DNA from: Podarcis cretensis
Taxonomy: Eukaryota
Direction: 5' to 3'
Assembly: GCA_951804945.1 (NCBI GenBank)
Contig: OX638160.1
Coordinates: 27,032,001 to 27,096,000, forward strand
DNA: 64,000 nt
Shown here: positions 60,493 to 64,000 of the stretch, piece after piece
Layout: each line of letters begins with the position of its first letter
Position numbering within the stretch: position 1 is the stretch's first letter
Translations under genes and position numbers: made by a program
Notes under the pieces: model-generated
The model's input: only the letters and a program-made list of their open reading frames with translations
Database searches by the model: none
What the model was told of the DNA's origin: nothing

Positions 60493-61792
60493 TATAGTGG
60501 TTGACTTTTGTTCTGTCACTGTGGCCACACTCACCACTGGAATGCAGGCCCCTCCAGAAGGTTTCCCAAGAGTAAATGTGCTTCTCAGGCTGAAAAGCGT
60601 TAGCTATTCTGATTTACTTGGATTTACAAATGCTGCTCTCTGGTGTGGTTTGCTGTTCAGCTTAGAACTGTCTTACTAGGCTTCCCTATCTCTGATTGTT
60701 TCACTATCGCAACTACCTTTGTGGGCAGAAGTAATTGCTGTTCATGTTTTACAGGGTTGGAACGGAGACTGAAAGAGTGATTGCCCAAGACTGCTGAAAG
60801 GGATGTGGTGTAGCATTTGAATTTCTGAGCTCAGAAATGTGTGTCTGGCTCTCTTGATGTTGTTATATACTTACTGATCTTCAGCGTATGCCTTGACTGT
60901 TCACGTTCGCTGATAAATAATATATTCAGTTACGGAAAACAAGGGTAGGAGGTGGTAGAATACTGCAGTAAATTTAGCAGCTGTGATAGCACTGTTTGCT
61001 CTGCAGTTAACAGGTTTTTGCATGACTTGCTGGAATCCAGATTGCATTACAGTATTTGCATTGTCCTGGGATTGGATTCCAGTAGCTGCAGCATTCCATG
61101 GTATGGCAGCTAGGTTCTTGGTGTTGATGTCTGAAGTGCTTAGCATACATATTTGGAAGCAAATCCCACTGGAACGTTTGACAGAACCAGGTTCGAATTG
61201 TGCTCTAAAATGCAATCTCATTTGAACCTACTATTGAGTAAATGTTGGACTAAAACTACATTTAAATCAACCAGCCTTTCTTTCATATTAGTGTAAGGAT
61301 TGTCTTGAAATCTTGCTGTATACGCTTAGTCAGAAGAAATGCAATTCTTTTCTAATGAAGATTGAACGTTCTTCGGACAGAGTTGCCAGAGTTGAAGACT
61401 GGGAGATAAACTGGGACCCTCCTGACTTACCTTTGGAATGTCTTCACGCTGAGGTCAAGGTCTTTGCTAACCTGATGCCCTCTAGATGTTTTGGATTACA
61501 ACTCCCATCAGTTGTGCTGGTTGGGGCTGATGGAAGTTGTAAGCCAAAATATCTGGGTGATGGGGAGGCAGAACTAGCAGATACAAAGCCATTGTCTTGG
61601 AAGTGATATCTTATCAGTAGCTGCTAGTCATGATGGCTCTACAAACAAATGGATCTCAGAGGCAGTCTTGTATACCCCTCAGCACTTGTTGTGTTGCTTA
61701 GAAACTATGGGAGAGGGCCGTAGTCATCATGTCCTGCTGTACTGGGATCTTTCCAATAGGGCAGCTAGTGGTGGGTTGTCCTGTAGAGTGGA

Positions 61793-62168
61793 AGAATCAT
61801 AGAATCATAGAGTTGGAAGAGACCACAAGGGCCATCGAGTCCAACCCCCTGCCAAGCAGGAAACACCATCAGAGCACTCCTGACATATGGTTGTCAAGCC
61901 TTTGCTTAAAGACCTCCAAAGAAGGAGACTCCACCACACTCCTTGGCAGCCAATTCCACTGTCGAACAGCTCTTACTGTCAGGAAGTTCTTCCTAATGTT
62001 TAGGTGGAATCTTTTTTCTTGTAGTTTGGAACCATTGCTCCGTGTCCGCTTCTCTGGAGCAGCAGAAAACAACCTTTCTCCCTCCTCTATGTGACATCCT
62101 TTTATATATTTGAACATGGCTATCATATCACCCCTTAACCTCCTCTTCTCCAGGCTAAACATGCCCAG
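61793..62168 (-). mobile_element. 5'-truncated CR1 LINE (ORF2 C-terminus and 3' tail)
   Basis: ORF 61869..62162 FSLEKRRLRGDMI...RTRSNG.KL...F.L..RKNFLTVRAV..WN.LP..VV.SPSLEVFKQRLD is the characteristic CR1 ORF2 end; (ATTCTATG)n tail seen as AGAATCATAGAATCATAG. Confidence 0.95.
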
Positions 62169-64000
62169 AGATCTTTGCCTGAGCCGCCCTCTCTCCTCTT
62201 ATGTACTGTTGAAACAGTGAAGGGCCACTAAAGCCTGTTGACTCTGTCTCAACATGTTTTGTCATTCTCTTGGAATACAGGCAGACAGAGAAGAGGCATC
62301 CATGTTTTCCTGGTATGGTCAGATAAAGACTGTTCTATTTCTCCTTCCCCAACCTGGTGTGGTACTTTCCAGGAGCAGATAACAGAATGGATGTATTTTC
62401 TCCAAAATACTAAATGCGGTGAAACCTGACTCCCAATTGTTCCCAAGCAGACGTTTTATCAAAATAACGTGGATCTGTTTAGGCATAACATCACAAGGTT
62501 TTCTTCTGTCTTGTGTAAAGCAAAGGCAAGAACAGAATGAAATGTCAATAGAAGCCAACTCCATCATGGGAAAACACATGGCAGATGTTGAAATGGTTTC
62601 TAAAATTTTGTAAAGTTAACAAGATAGTGGAAAATCCTAAGGACTGTGGAAATGCGAGCAATATATAAGCTGCTTTCCTATTGGGATGAAGCATGGTGAC
62701 CTTTTCCTTGTTTGATCAGCTGGGTAGTGTGCGTATTTCTGCATGGGAAGCTAAAACAGTATCAGAGTTGCAGATGTGTCTCTGTCCCCACCCAGTGATT
62801 TAGTGACCTCTAATAGATTCACTTGAGAAAACTCTTGGGAGCCTTCAATAGGGACCTTTTATATGCTTTTTGAAAATTGAATTTAGTCACATTTCTTCCT
62901 GTTGCCTGTGCAGTCAGGGATGCATACCAAAGGGACCACAACTTTGCATAGGATTACTTTTCCCTGCAGTTTCTCTTAAGTCCCAGGACAGGGCTTCCCA
63001 AACTCTGCTCGGTCAGCCACCTCTGGTCGGCAAAGCTTCATTCAGATGGTCTGCGGTGCCTGGGGAGAACAGCGGGAGCCATGCATCAAATAGTCATATT
63101 TGTAATTGTATTTTTATTGCTTCTTTTTGTTTCTTATATTGTGTTTTAAGATGGAGATCTGTGGAATTCAGATTGCAATACAATAAAACACAATATAATA
63201 AATAAAGGAAGTGATAAAAATACAATTAAAAATGACAGCATCTTGCACAGCATAAGCTAACTTCAGACAGAAGTCTGAAGAGGTGAGACTTGTATAAAAC
63301 AAGTTCTGGGTGGGGGGAACCATTTTCAGCAGAACTCAATCAGCAGTCACTTTTTTTCAGTGAGGTCACTTGCCTCATGAAGAACAGCTTGGTTCCTGTG
63401 TGGTTTCCTGGCATCAACTGTAGGCAGGCAGCAGAGGCCTGTAGAAGCCGGCATCTGGTTGGAGGCTTGGAACTTCTTGATCTAACCACTAAATTAAGGG
63501 CAAAATCCTCTAGTGAAAACAGATGTGGATTGATATATTTTATTTTTTAATGGCTGAGTTCACACATGTTAAACCCTAGTTAATGTTTAACTATGGTTTA
63601 ATGCAACTAACATCTTGCAGTGCAGACTAGCAGTATGTATGCTAGTGTGCACTGTTTAATAGTCCCTGTTTTGCTTCTCCACTCTAGACTTTGCCAGGAG
63701 CAACACAGCCTTGGCTTGTCGTGTCATCTGTACCCAAGCTCATGCTTCCAAACAAACCATGAACAGTAGCCAGTATTTGTTCTTGGCTTGCTTCTAATGA
63801 TTTGTTTTAGGGAACGGCATTACAATAACGTGTACTAGCATGCTGCTCTTTTGCATTAAACTATAGTTAAACCATTTGCATTAAACCATCGTTTAACATT
63901 AAAGCATGCATTAAAGCGACATTCAAACACATCCACTGGATGCATTTAATATGGCGGTTTGGTACTCTGTATCTGGGTGCATAAAAAGCAAAGACAGCTG

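Noticed and set aside
61869-62162. 97-aa ORF as a host gene
   Set aside because: It is the CR1 ORF2 C-terminus of a 5'-truncated copy.

Overview
Squamate genomic DNA, most likely a lacertid lizard (inferred from the Sauria-type SINEs and other squamate repeats). It carries three + strand genes in the order recalled for the human 7q21 region. (1) CLDN12: single coding exon 5267-6004, 245 aa. (2) A 7-exon PTTG1IP/PBF-family gene that the ORF track misses: 11197-28251, 193 aa, reconstructed from GT-AG junctions with consistent phases; PTTG1IP2 by position. (3) The first two coding exons of CDK14: 44839-44938 and 54591-54622. There are CpG-island promoters at about 10.7-11.6 kb and 43.8-45.3 kb and a weaker CpG/ZNF143-motif promoter at about 1.0-1.5 kb. 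The rest is intron or intergenic DNA dense in transposons: 8 Sauria SINEs, hAT and Tc1/mariner MITEs with clear TIRs and TSDs, and L1, L2 and CR1 fragments. Most notable: two short Penelope-like insertions in introns of the PTTG1IP-family gene with intact minimal hammerhead ribozyme cores (three in total, plus a decayed one downstream); a 134-bp tandem array of a hairpin MITE with ZNF143-like motifs abutting the CDK14 promoter; and splice signals suggesting an extra upstream CDK14 exon. All calls were made by eye; no searches or folding were run.
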